Source of the DNA: Clostridia bacterium
Lineage (GTDB): Bacteria > Bacillota > Clostridia > UBA1381 > UMGS1253
Direction of reading: 5' to 3'
Assembly: GCA_045546315.1 (NCBI GenBank)
Contig: JAZQCN010000059.1
Location: forward strand, 136,510-200,509
DNA length: 64,000 nucleotides
Shown: in pieces, positions 1 through 7,978 of the stretch
Layout: each line of letters starts with the position of its first letter
Numbering within the stretch: position 1 is the stretch's first letter
Translations under genes and position numbers: made by a program
Notes under the pieces: model-generated
The model's input: the letters and a program-made list of their open reading frames with translations, nothing else
What the model was told of the DNA's origin: nothing
The model's database searches: none

Positions 1-745
1 CCGGCGTAAAGCCTGCCTTAATCATATCGGACATAATCGTGTATGTAACTTCTGTACCGTCGATTGCGGTCAGCTTAACCGTTGCACCGTTTGTCCAGAA
101 ATCAGCGTCAATATCAATCGTAACTACGGTTGTATTGTCCACCGGAACAACCTTAATGCTCGGGTTTGCTACCTTACGCGCTTCAGAAATAGCAGATACA
201 ATTGTTGTACCCTCTAAATCTGCGCCAAAGTATTTGTCTTCCGTGCCGTCTGCATAGGAGATTACGATATACTCCATTGCGCCGTCAGCCACCGGGAAGT
301 TCGATACCGGTGCAATCGCCTTACCGTCTGCACCAAGTGCGAATACTTTGTAGGTTTCTTTTGTGTTGTCAACTACCGTAATTTCTTTGGAGAATTCCAC
401 AGCCGTTGTACCAACTGCTTTTGTTTCATAAAAAGCATTTGTCAGTACACCCTCTGTGTACACTGCAAAGATTACGGTTGCCGTGGTCTCAGCGCTTGCG
501 CTGATTTCCACGCTCGGTACTAACTTCTTTCCGTTTTCCGGAATAGAAGTGATACCGTCAACCATTGCATAGCCGTTTGCATCTGCGGCCGGGTTTAACT
601 CATCGTAAACCTCGCCGGCATATGAAACGCTTGACACGGTATATTCTACCGCTGCCGGATCTGCTGCGAAGCCCGGAACGCAAAGTACGCTGAGTACCAT
701 AATTACGCTCAAAGCTACGCTAAGGACTTTTTTCATCATCCTCAT
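1..745 (-). CDS. secreted protein of unknown function (C-terminus cut by window edge)
   Basis: The minus-strand frame is open from ATG 745 (alternative ATGs at 739 and 736, AAGGAGGG just upstream) to base 1. The N-terminus MRMMKKVLSVALSVIMVLSVLCVPGFAADP looks like a signal peptide. It is absent from the ORF track because there is no stop inside the window. Confidence 0.6.
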   Translation of the reverse strand, partial: MRMMKKVLSVALSVIMVLSVLCVPGFAADPAAVEYTVSSVSYAGEVYDELNPAADANGYAMVDGITSIPENGKKLVPSVEISASAETTATVIFAVYTEGVLTNAFYETKAVGTTAVEFSKEITVVDNTKETYKVFALGADGKAIAPVSNFPVADGAMEYIVISYADGTEDKYFGADLEGTTIVSAISEARKVANPSIKVVPVDNTTVVTIDIDADFWTNGATVKLTAIDGTEVTYTIMSDMIKAGFTP

Positions 746-1130
746 GCCCTCCTTAAAATAAAAATTTTTAAAATAGCTACCCATTTTGTTCGCGCTCTGC
801 GCGCGGCTGGAATTGTGTTTTCCGTGCCCACACAGACATCTTGTGATTTCTGTGCCTGACACAGAAAGCGACAAAATCAGCACTATAATAGATAATACAA
901 TTATACAGGGAATTTCGTGCAAAGTCAATATTTTCACGCAATAAAATTTGATTTTTTTAGTGATTTTTTTGGCACAAGATGTTGATTTTTCCAAAGAAAA
1001 GCACTATATGTTGTATCCCGGCGAAAAACGCCCCAAAATTTGAATTTTTCACACGAGAAAGATGTACGATTTGTATAAGCTTATGCAGGACATTCGTGAA
1101 TGTCGCCTGCTTATATCCCGCTTATACAAA

Positions 1131-1157
1131 CAAAAAATCCCTCGACGAGGGATTTTT
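1131..1157 (-). terminator. rho-independent terminator after the CPBP gene
   Basis: aaaaaatccct-cgacg-agggatttttt hairpin flanked by A and T runs. Confidence 0.6.
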
Positions 1158-2059
1158 TAACGCAGCATCTCTGTAATTAAGCGAATATGGTTAAATATAT
1201 AAACCGCAATCAGAAATACAAAGCTCATGCTAAACCCGAAGGTTGCACCCGGGCGGCGCTTTTTGCGCTGGCCCTTACCGTGAATTAAAAACAGCATTAC
1301 AAAGGCAAACGCAAAGCCAAATGCACCGATGACCAGCACAAACAGCTGAAAAACCTCCCAAAGCTGCTGCAAACCGGGTGGAATCAAGGTTGCCATATAG
1401 CCGCGCGTCAGCGAAAACAGGTTCACCGAAAAATGCAGAATAATCGCAGGGTAAACCGAGTCCGTTTTATGTACAACCACTGCAAATACAATACCGAGCA
1501 CCCATGTGGACACAAAGCTTGCCACCGACATATGCAAAAGCGCAAACACAAAAGCCGCCGCAAACACGGAAAACACCGTGCCGTACTCCTCATATTCGCG
1601 CAAAACCGCGCCGCGGCAGAACAGCTCCTCCAAAACCGCCGGAAGCAGCGCCGTAAGCACGATGCCAAGCATATATTCACCCATCGTTTCCGGCACGGCT
1701 ATACTGACGGCTTCAAAAGCGTGATAGTCCGAAAGCAACCTGTAAATCGGCATATTGACAAGCGTTGCAAAGCAATTTGCACCGATGCCGAACAAAATCC
1801 AAACGCCTACAGCGCTTGGCGCAATCGGCTTTAAGCGATAAAAGCTGCGTATTTTCATATTCCGCACGCGCCCATAAAGCAGCAAAAGCGCCAAAAGCGG
1901 CAGCGTGGAGCACAAAAAAATGTGCAGATACTGCGACATTTCCGGAAAAATCCGCTCTACAAGCAGCGAGCCGCCCGACATCAATATAACCAGCCACGCC
2001 GCGAATATACAAACGCGGCGGTGCGGTGTTTTTTCCTTAAGCTTCTGCCGAATCTGCAT
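1157..2059 (-). CDS. CPBP family intramembrane glutamic endopeptidase (CAAX protease-like)
   Basis: Motifs EELFCRG, FALLHM and HFSVN in a polytopic membrane protein. The track ORF was trimmed to ATG 2059 (MQIRQKL) because the longer form runs through the upstream DJ-1 gene. Confidence 0.8.
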   Translation of the reverse strand: MQIRQKLKEKTPHRRVCIFAAWLVILMSGGSLLVERIFPEMSQYLHIFLCSTLPLLALLLLYGRVRNMKIRSFYRLKPIAPSAVGVWILFGIGANCFATLVNMPIYRLLSDYHAFEAVSIAVPETMGEYMLGIVLTALLPAVLEELFCRGAVLREYEEYGTVFSVFAAAFVFALLHMSVASFVSTWVLGIVFAVVVHKTDSVYPAIILHFSVNLFSLTRGYMATLIPPGLQQLWEVFQLFVLVIGAFGFAFAFVMLFLIHGKGQRKKRRPGATFGFSMSFVFLIAVYIFNHIRLITEMLR

Positions 2060-2591
2060 ACTGCATCGCCTTTCTGATTTCAAGCGCCTTTTCGCCGCCG
2101 ACCAAAAGTCCTGCAAGCAAAAAGCCGAAATCCGATGCGCGCCCCGCGCCTTTTGCCGTGATAATATTGCCGTCGCAAACAACGCCGTCCTCGCAGGGGA
2201 TTGCACCGCGAAGCTCTGCTTCAAAACCCGGATAGCAGGTTGCATTTTTGCCCTCGAGCAGTCCCAAATGACCAAAAACAGACGGCGCTGCGCAAATCGC
2301 TGCAATAAACTTGCCCTGCGCATTGGCTTTGCACACCGCATCGGTAACGCGTGCATCCGCTTCTAAGTTCGTTGTGCCCGGCAGACCGCCCGGCAAAACC
2401 AGCATTTCTGCCGCATCCAAAGCGACTGCCTCCGGCAAAATATCCGCTTCCACGCAAATGCCGTGCGCGCCGGCAACAGTTTTGCCTGTTACACCCACCG
2501 TCTGCACCTCAACACCGCAACGGCGCAAAATATCCACCGGTGCAAGCGCTTCAATTTCTTCAAATCCGTCCGCAAGATACACATAAACCAT
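2037..2591 (-). CDS. DJ-1/PfpI/ThiJ family protein
   Basis: MVYVYLADGFEEIEALAPVDILRR N-terminus and an AAICAAP nucleophile-elbow Cys. Trimmed to ATG 2591. Confidence 0.85.
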   Translation of the reverse strand: MVYVYLADGFEEIEALAPVDILRRCGVEVQTVGVTGKTVAGAHGICVEADILPEAVALDAAEMLVLPGGLPGTTNLEADARVTDAVCKANAQGKFIAAICAAPSVFGHLGLLEGKNATCYPGFEAELRGAIPCEDGVVCDGNIITAKGAGRASDFGFLLAGLLVGGEKALEIRKAMQYADSAEA

Positions 2592-2610
2592 AATTAAAAC
2601 CCCTTTTTTG

Positions 2611-2835
2611 ATGATGAATTGCCTTACGGCATGATTTGAAACCTTCGGCTTCATGAATTGCGCCTTTGGCGCATGAATTGTTTGCGTTGCAAACATGATT
2701 GTTGAAAATCGCACAGCGATTTTCTTCATAAATGAATTCGCCAGAATTCAATTCATGATGCGCAGCATCTTTTCATGGCGAAGCCAATTCATGCAAACGC
2801 AGTTTGCATTTCATTTTTTGTGCCGCACACACAAA
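2611..2835. repeat. phased array of about 10 short stem-loops separated by (A)ATTCATG(A/T) linkers
   Basis: ATGA cores lie at 2614, 2631, 2653, 2673, 2695, 2732, 2755, 2775 and 2791. Hairpins: 2621-2630, 2638-2652, 2660-2672, 2680-2694, 2704-2724, 2734-2749, 2757-2769, 2776-2786, 2791-2809, 2820-2828. Stems are 3-9 bp with 3-4 nt loops. Confidence 0.7.
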
Positions 2836-2860
2836 AACCCGCTTGCACAGCGGGTTTTTT
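2833..2860 (-). terminator. rho-independent terminator after the GT2 gene (bidirectional shape)
   Basis: aaaaacccgc-ttgcaca-gcgggtttttt. Confidence 0.75.
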
Positions 2861-2866
2861 GCATAG

Positions 2867-4129
2867 TTATTTTCTGTTGAATTCCTCGATGGAAATCTGA
2901 CGAGTGTGCTTTGTGTGCGACCACTCTGTCTTATTCTTATCGATAATGCCCTGAATCGTAATCGGAATCCAGGTCAGGTTATACACCATAAAGGTCAGAT
3001 AACCCCAGAACATACGCAGGGTAAATTCTTTTCTCTCATATGCAATAACAATCGGCATATACATCATCTGCAGCACAACAAATGTGTTCCAGACAATCGG
3101 CGTAAACAGATAGCTCATCTGGAAGAAGCCGATATTACCGTCCGGATATGCAATCTGCAGCCAGGCAAACAGCGTTACCAAGCCGCTCGCGATTACGCGC
3201 GCCGGCTGAATCAGATAAACTGCGCAGTCAAAGCACATCATCTTCTTTTCCTTAAATGCCTTCTTCATCAGCTTGCCGAAGAAACGGCTTGCTACATCGG
3301 CATGGCCCTGCATCCAACGCTTTCTCTGTCTCCAGCTCGCTTTCAGGCCAACCGGCTTTTCATCATAGATAACTGCCTTATGTGCCCAGCCTACCTTCTC
3401 ATCGTTGAGCGCAAGCTTCATTGTAAATTCCATATCCTCTGTCAGACAGGTTGCACCCCAGCCCAGCTTCTTTAAAAGGTCGGTTGCCATAACAAAGCCC
3501 GTACCGGACAGCTGGCAGGAAAGACCGAGGTTGTGTCTTGCAAGCTGGAACACACGGCTGACAGACCAGAACGAGAACGAGTATGCGCAGGTAATCCACG
3601 AATCGAACGGATTCTTGGAGTCTACATAGCCCTGCACTACGCGGTAGCCCTTGTTAATCTGCTTGTTCATTTCGGAAAGGAATTCCTTGTCGACTAAGTT
3701 GTCGGCATCGAAAATACCGATATAGTCGTACTTCTTTTCCATTTTAAATATTTTTTCAAACATCCACTCCAGAGCGAAGCCCTTACCGCGCTGTGTTGTG
3801 TCGAAGCGCTCATATACAAGCGCACCGTGCTCACGAGCAATCTGTGCAGTTGCGTCCGTGCAGTTGTCCGCAATTACAAAAATATCGTACGCTTCACGCG
3901 GGTAGTTGAGTGCGGAAAGGCTGTCAACCATATTGGCAATTACCATTTCCTCATCGTGCGCTGCAACTAAAAGCGCAAAAGTGTTTGTTTCATTTTTTTC
4001 TGTGTTCTTTTCCTTTTTCGGAATGAATCCGAAAATACCGATAACAAAGTAGTACAAAGTGACTGTGAGTGCTGCAAGCTGCAACACCATGGTAAATACA
4101 TTCAGTGCATCCAAAACTACATCCGGCAT
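2867..4129 (-). CDS. processive family-2 glycosyltransferase with C-terminal membrane domain (PgaC/IcaA/cellulose-synthase-like)
   Basis: N-terminal TM helix, DADN (DxD), TEDMEF and a QRKRW (QxxRW) motif, followed by multiple C-terminal TM helices. Trimmed to ATG 4129, which has AAGGAGAGAG upstream. Confidence 0.85.
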   Translation of the reverse strand: MPDVVLDALNVFTMVLQLAALTVTLYYFVIGIFGFIPKKEKNTEKNETNTFALLVAAHDEEMVIANMVDSLSALNYPREAYDIFVIADNCTDATAQIAREHGALVYERFDTTQRGKGFALEWMFEKIFKMEKKYDYIGIFDADNLVDKEFLSEMNKQINKGYRVVQGYVDSKNPFDSWITCAYSFSFWSVSRVFQLARHNLGLSCQLSGTGFVMATDLLKKLGWGATCLTEDMEFTMKLALNDEKVGWAHKAVIYDEKPVGLKASWRQRKRWMQGHADVASRFFGKLMKKAFKEKKMMCFDCAVYLIQPARVIASGLVTLFAWLQIAYPDGNIGFFQMSYLFTPIVWNTFVVLQMMYMPIVIAYERKEFTLRMFWGYLTFMVYNLTWIPITIQGIIDKNKTEWSHTKHTRQISIEEFNRK

Positions 4130-4395
4130 TCTTTCACTCTCTCCTTTTCTTTTTCCGCCGCGCGGCGGCCCGTCTCTTTCTCTATTCCCTAAAAGTCCAT
4201 ATTGGAGTATACACCAAAAAAATTGAAAATGCAATATGTAAAATTTACAATTCGTTTACATTTTTATAAACCTTTTCCGTCAATTTCACTATGAACCCCG
4301 CAAGCATCCACTATTTATATATGTTTCATTTCAGAAAAATTTAATAATTTGTCGAACTTTTTATGCCGCTTTACGCACTTTTTTCTGCGTAGCAC

Positions 4396-4425
4396 TTGAC
4401 TTTTACGCTATTTATCGTTTAAAAT
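4396..4425 (+). promoter_or_regulatory. candidate sigma-A promoter for the LysM/M23 gene
   Basis: TTGACT (4396-4401), 18-nt spacer, TAAAAT (4420-4425), about 40 nt upstream of the start codon. Confidence 0.4.
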
Positions 4426-4467
4426 GTATTTAACAATTTTGTAATAATTTACAGAAAGGGCGATTGG

Positions 4468-6510
4468 ATGGGCGAGAAAAAAGACAAAAAACCGGATTGG
4501 TTCCAAGCTTTTACCAAAAAGCCGCACCGTGAAAAACATACAGCCCCGCACCAGGCGGAGGCTTCCTTTTCTACAGTAGAAATTGATGTAACAGACTTAA
4601 AAACGCTTTTGCACCAAAAAAAGAACGGCACGGCGCCGGCGGCAATGCCGACCGAAGATAAACAGGCTGCGCCGCAAGCCGAAGCGTTTACAAATACAAT
4701 GCAATACAGCTCGTCTGCGAAAACAATTTCCAAAGAAGATATTATGCGCGAAATTCGCGAAAGAGCGCGCGCCGAGGTGCGCAGCAGCTATGCCAATCTG
4801 ACGCCGGCTGAGGTTATGCAAACCGAAACCGAGATTGAACAAGCCCCTGCTGAACCTGCAGCGCCGGCAAAAATTCACGAAACATTCGATAAAATTACAG
4901 CGCAGGAAACACCGATTAAGGAAACGGTATATGTACCGGAGGCAGAGGTCGGCACCATCACCATTGCCACCGCACAAACCGAAACCGTAATCACAGAAAC
5001 AGCTGAACCGGAAACGGATATATCCGAAACGGCAGAGGAAACAGACGCAGCTGCAATGGAAGCTGCCGCAGCAGAAGCCCAGCCTGTCCGCGAAACGGAG
5101 GCGCCTGTGTCTGCAACGGGCGAGCGTATTCGCCGCACCGGCTTTATTGAAGCCGCACGCAGCTTTATTGACTACGCAAAAAAGGAAAGCAACCGCAAAG
5201 CCGGCATTGTTTTCGCTTCCGTCCTGTTTTCCTTGATTTTGGTCGGCACCTTTAGCGCCAACTTCTCCTTCGCTTTTGCCGCCCGCGTCAACGGGCAGTA
5301 TGTCGGCATTGTCAGCGACAAAAGCCAATGCGAAGCCGTTGTTTCGGAAATCAACAATGTTTTAGAGCTGAATTTCGGCGAAGCCGAGAAAATCGAGCAT
5401 AATATTTCGGTTTCACCGCGTATTATTTTAAAGGACCACTACACGCCGGAGCCGGAGCTGCGCAGTGCAATTTATGCGCTGAGCGACAAAATGCTGCGTA
5501 TGCATGTTATCTACGCCGGCGACACTGCCGTTTGTGCATTGGGCTCGGCAGAGGACGCAAATACTGCTATCGCTGAATTCGAGCTCTTCTACACCGGCGG
5601 CGATGCAAATACACAGTTTTCCACAAATGTTCCCCTCACCGTAAAAGAAGAGCTTGCACCGGTAACGCTTTTGTGTGAGGTCGGCGAAGCTCTCAATATT
5701 TTAAACGGTGCAAACAATAAGGAGGAGGGCGAATATGTCGTACAATCCGGTGATACGCTTTGGGCGATTGCCAGAAAATACGATACAAATGTGGATGATC
5801 TTGTCAGCCTCAACCCAAATGCAAGCGAAGAAATCAAAATCGGCGACACGCTCCGCGTGATGGCATATTCACCGGTGGTTACCGTTACAACCGTCAAGCG
5901 CATAGCGTATGACGAAACCATCGACTACACCACCGAGATTGTCGAAACAAAGGATATGTATCGCGGCAAAAGTGAAATTGCCCAAAAGGGTGAGGACGGC
6001 GAAAGACATATCGTTGCCGATTTGGTGAAGGTCAACGGCTTAGAGGTCAGACGCGATATCCTCGAAGAAACCGTTACGCGCGAGCCTGTAACACAAATTA
6101 AAAAAGTCGGCATTGCCGAACCCCCGAAGGGCTACGGCACAGGCTCTTTCAGAGCACCTTGTACCGGTACGATTTCTTCCTACTTCGGCACGCGCCGCAG
6201 CGGCTATCACAAGGGTATTGATATTGCCAACTCTTACGGCACGCCGATTCGTGCAGCCGATAACGGTCGCGTTATTGTTGCCGGATGGGACAACACCGGC
6301 TTCGGCCGACTCGTAAAGCTCGACCACCAGAACGGCTACATTTCCTACTACGGTCATAACAGCCGCATCGTGGTAAAGGTAGGGCAGGCGGTAAACAAGG
6401 GTGATATTATCGCCTATATGGGCTCGACCGGTAATTCCACGGGCAACCACTGTCACTTCGAATTATACTACAACGGCAGACTCTTAAACCCGTACAGCTA
6501 TATTTATTAA
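4468..6510 (+). CDS. LysM, G5 and M23 domain peptidoglycan metalloendopeptidase, membrane anchored
   Basis: One TM helix (IVFASVLFSLILVG). LysM: YVVQSGDTLWAIARKYDT. G5-like: YDETIDYTTEIVETKDMYRGKSEIAQKGEDGE. M23 motifs HKGIDIA and HCHFE. Confidence 0.85.
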   Translation: MGEKKDKKPDWFQAFTKKPHREKHTAPHQAEASFSTVEIDVTDLKTLLHQKKNGTAPAAMPTEDKQAAPQAEAFTNTMQYSSSAKTISKEDIMREIRERARAEVRSSYANLTPAEVMQTETEIEQAPAEPAAPAKIHETFDKITAQETPIKETVYVPEAEVGTITIATAQTETVITETAEPETDISETAEETDAAAMEAAAAEAQPVRETEAPVSATGERIRRTGFIEAARSFIDYAKKESNRKAGIVFASVLFSLILVGTFSANFSFAFAARVNGQYVGIVSDKSQCEAVVSEINNVLELNFGEAEKIEHNISVSPRIILKDHYTPEPELRSAIYALSDKMLRMHVIYAGDTAVCALGSAEDANTAIAEFELFYTGGDANTQFSTNVPLTVKEELAPVTLLCEVGEALNILNGANNKEEGEYVVQSGDTLWAIARKYDTNVDDLVSLNPNASEEIKIGDTLRVMAYSPVVTVTTVKRIAYDETIDYTTEIVETKDMYRGKSEIAQKGEDGERHIVADLVKVNGLEVRRDILEETVTREPVTQIKKVGIAEPPKGYGTGSFRAPCTGTISSYFGTRRSGYHKGIDIANSYGTPIRAADNGRVIVAGWDNTGFGRLVKLDHQNGYISYYGHNSRIVVKVGQAVNKGDIIAYMGSTGNSTGNHCHFELYYNGRLLNPYSYIY

Positions 6511-6513
6511 AAC

Positions 6514-6546
6514 AAAAAATCCCTCGTGCGAGGGATTTTTTTGTTT
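6514..6546 (+). terminator. rho-independent terminator after the M23 gene
   Basis: aaaaaatccctcg-tgcg-agggattttttt. Confidence 0.75.
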
Positions 6547-6614
6547 TACATTTTCAAAATCGCTTTCGTAAGCCCTGCCAAAAGTCGCGGCATTTTCCAA
6601 ACAATAATTTTCAT
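6546..6614 (-). CDS. spoVM: 22-aa SpoVM-like micro-ORF
   Basis: Encodes MKIIVWKMPRLLAGLTKAILKM with GAAGGGAG 8 nt upstream. It resembles the SpoVM pattern MK..v.K.PkfLgGi.ra.l. It is below the ORF-track size cut-off. Confidence 0.4.
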   Translation of the reverse strand: MKIIVWKMPRLLAGLTKAILKM

Positions 6615-6627
6615 AAAAATGCTCCCT

Positions 6628-6777
6628 TCATCTTTTTAATGATATTAGCAGGCACAAAAGGACAATTAAAACCGCCTCCAGCCCTGCAATCAGAGACAGC
6701 GGAAACATAAGCGCCGCCATAATGCCTAAGCTGACGGCAATCAGCGCCCAAAGCAAATATTTTATAACACAGCCCAT
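6628..6777 (-). CDS. 49-aa hydrophobic micro-protein
   Basis: Encodes MGCVIKYLLWALIAVSLGIMAALMFPLSLIAGLEAVLIVLLCLLISLKR with GAGGAGGTGG 6 nt upstream. It lies directly upstream of the SpoVM-like ORF. Confidence 0.35.
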   Translation of the reverse strand: MGCVIKYLLWALIAVSLGIMAALMFPLSLIAGLEAVLIVLLCLLISLKR

Positions 6778-6883
6778 TTGCGCCACCTCCTCATTGCTCT
6801 ACTCCATTATATGCGCCAAATACAATTGTGTGAAACATTGACAAACACGCACAAATGTGGTAGCATAAAAACGGTGATTTATT

Positions 6884-7579
6884 ATGAAAAAAGTATGGAA
6901 AATTATTTTAATTATACTTATAATTCTTATTTTAATAATTGCAGCTCTGCTTTTCTGGCAACGCGATAACATCGCCGCTTTGTATATGGCTATGACACAC
7001 GATTCACAGCAAATTGCCGAGCAGATGAGCGCAAATGATGCAGAGCTGAAAAAGCAGATTGAAACCTATTTCCCGAACGGTATCCGCGATTTTACCGAGG
7101 ATGAGCTTCTGCAGATTGAAAAGGGCGAAATTACGGAAAAGGAAGCCCTTGCAAAAATCATAAGCGAGGCTGCGCAGTCCGCCCAGGCAGACAAAACGCC
7201 GGAAAAGAAAGAGCCGACCAAAGAGGAAAAAGAGCAGGAAATTATCTCGCGCTATGTATCCAAGCTGTATGCAATGGAGAGCGAGTATCTCGGCAAAATC
7301 GAAGGACTGATTTCCAGTGCAATTTCCGAATACAAAGCAAAGCGCACCGGACAAAACAACCGCTCTCTGCAGCTGTCCATCGGTGCAGCCTACATGGGCA
7401 GAATCACTGCATTGGAAGGCGAGTGCGACGGGCGCGTTGAGGCTTTGCTTGCCGAAATGTCGGCCGAGCTGGATGCCATCGGCGCGGACAAAGCAATTAT
7501 CAATACCATACGCACGGCTTACCGCAATGAAAAATCCACCAAACGCGCTTACTATATGAGCAAATATGGCATAAACTGA
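6884..7579 (+). CDS. membrane-anchored protein of unknown function (N-terminal TM, charged helical region)
   Basis: ORF with an IILIILIILILIIAALLF anchor and no recognisable catalytic motif. Confidence 0.6.
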   Translation: MKKVWKIILIILIILILIIAALLFWQRDNIAALYMAMTHDSQQIAEQMSANDAELKKQIETYFPNGIRDFTEDELLQIEKGEITEKEALAKIISEAAQSAQADKTPEKKEPTKEEKEQEIISRYVSKLYAMESEYLGKIEGLISSAISEYKAKRTGQNNRSLQLSIGAAYMGRITALEGECDGRVEALLAEMSAELDAIGADKAIINTIRTAYRNEKSTKRAYYMSKYGIN

Positions 7580-7596
7580 TTCACGGAGGACGAAAG

Positions 7597-7944
7597 ATGA
7601 ATTTTTCCGAACGCTTTGATGAAATAAAATGGTCCCTGCTGGCATGCATCATCTGCTTTTTCTGCATTCCGCTGTTTGCAGCAATTTTACCGCAATATGC
7701 AGGCATAGTGCAGCTTATTTCACAATATGCCAACATCGCCGTGATTGACATAACCTCTTTCATTTGCGGCTACAGGCACTTTCGCTGGTATTACCCGATT
7801 ATTGCAGTGCTTTTATACGCGTTTTCCGCTGCCCTCGGCGGCCTTTATACAATGGATTCGATTACAAGCTCGTCTATATACTTCCTGCTGCTTTCCTATA
7901 TGGCAGCCGGCATCGGTGCCATTATCGGCAGACTGAGAAGATAA
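7597..7944 (+). CDS. small polytopic membrane protein, unknown function
   Basis: GGAGGACGAAAG ATG start context and 3-4 hydrophobic helices. Confidence 0.55.
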   Translation: MNFSERFDEIKWSLLACIICFFCIPLFAAILPQYAGIVQLISQYANIAVIDITSFICGYRHFRWYYPIIAVLLYAFSAALGGLYTMDSITSSSIYFLLLSYMAAGIGAIIGRLRR

Positions 7945-7978
7945 TTTCGTTTTAAAGCACCCAAGGGAGGTTGTTTAT

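Noticed and set aside
2611-2835. Possible CRISPR array or chain of real mini-ORFs.
   Set aside because: The repeat core is only 7-8 nt with roughly 12-15 nt variable palindromes, far below CRISPR dimensions, and there are no cas genes. The plus-strand mini-ORFs have no SD and lie antisense to the local transcription direction. The region is kept as a structural-repeat finding only.
1157-4234. Long N-terminal extensions of track ORFs 1157-2356, 2037-2729 and 2867-4234. The same applies to 9702-11069, 19190-19753, 20645-21094, 40193-43711, 43695-44072, 57122-58342 and 62857-63879.
   Set aside because: The extensions run into upstream genes or intergenic hairpins and lack an SD. Internal ATGs with good SDs give N-termini typical of each family, so the coordinates were trimmed.
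4597-5328. 243-aa minus-strand ORF.
   Set aside because: It is antisense to the acidic/Ala-rich linker of the LysM-M23 gene. It is Arg/Cys/Phe rich with no SD, so it is a shadow ORF.
6855-6868. cacaaatgtgg in the spacer of a TTGACA promoter-like site, resembling the BMC operator palindrome accacaatgtggt at 20579-20591.
   Set aside because: Only about 9-10 nt are shared, with an indel. That is compatible with chance, and a genome-wide motif count would be needed before proposing a common regulator.
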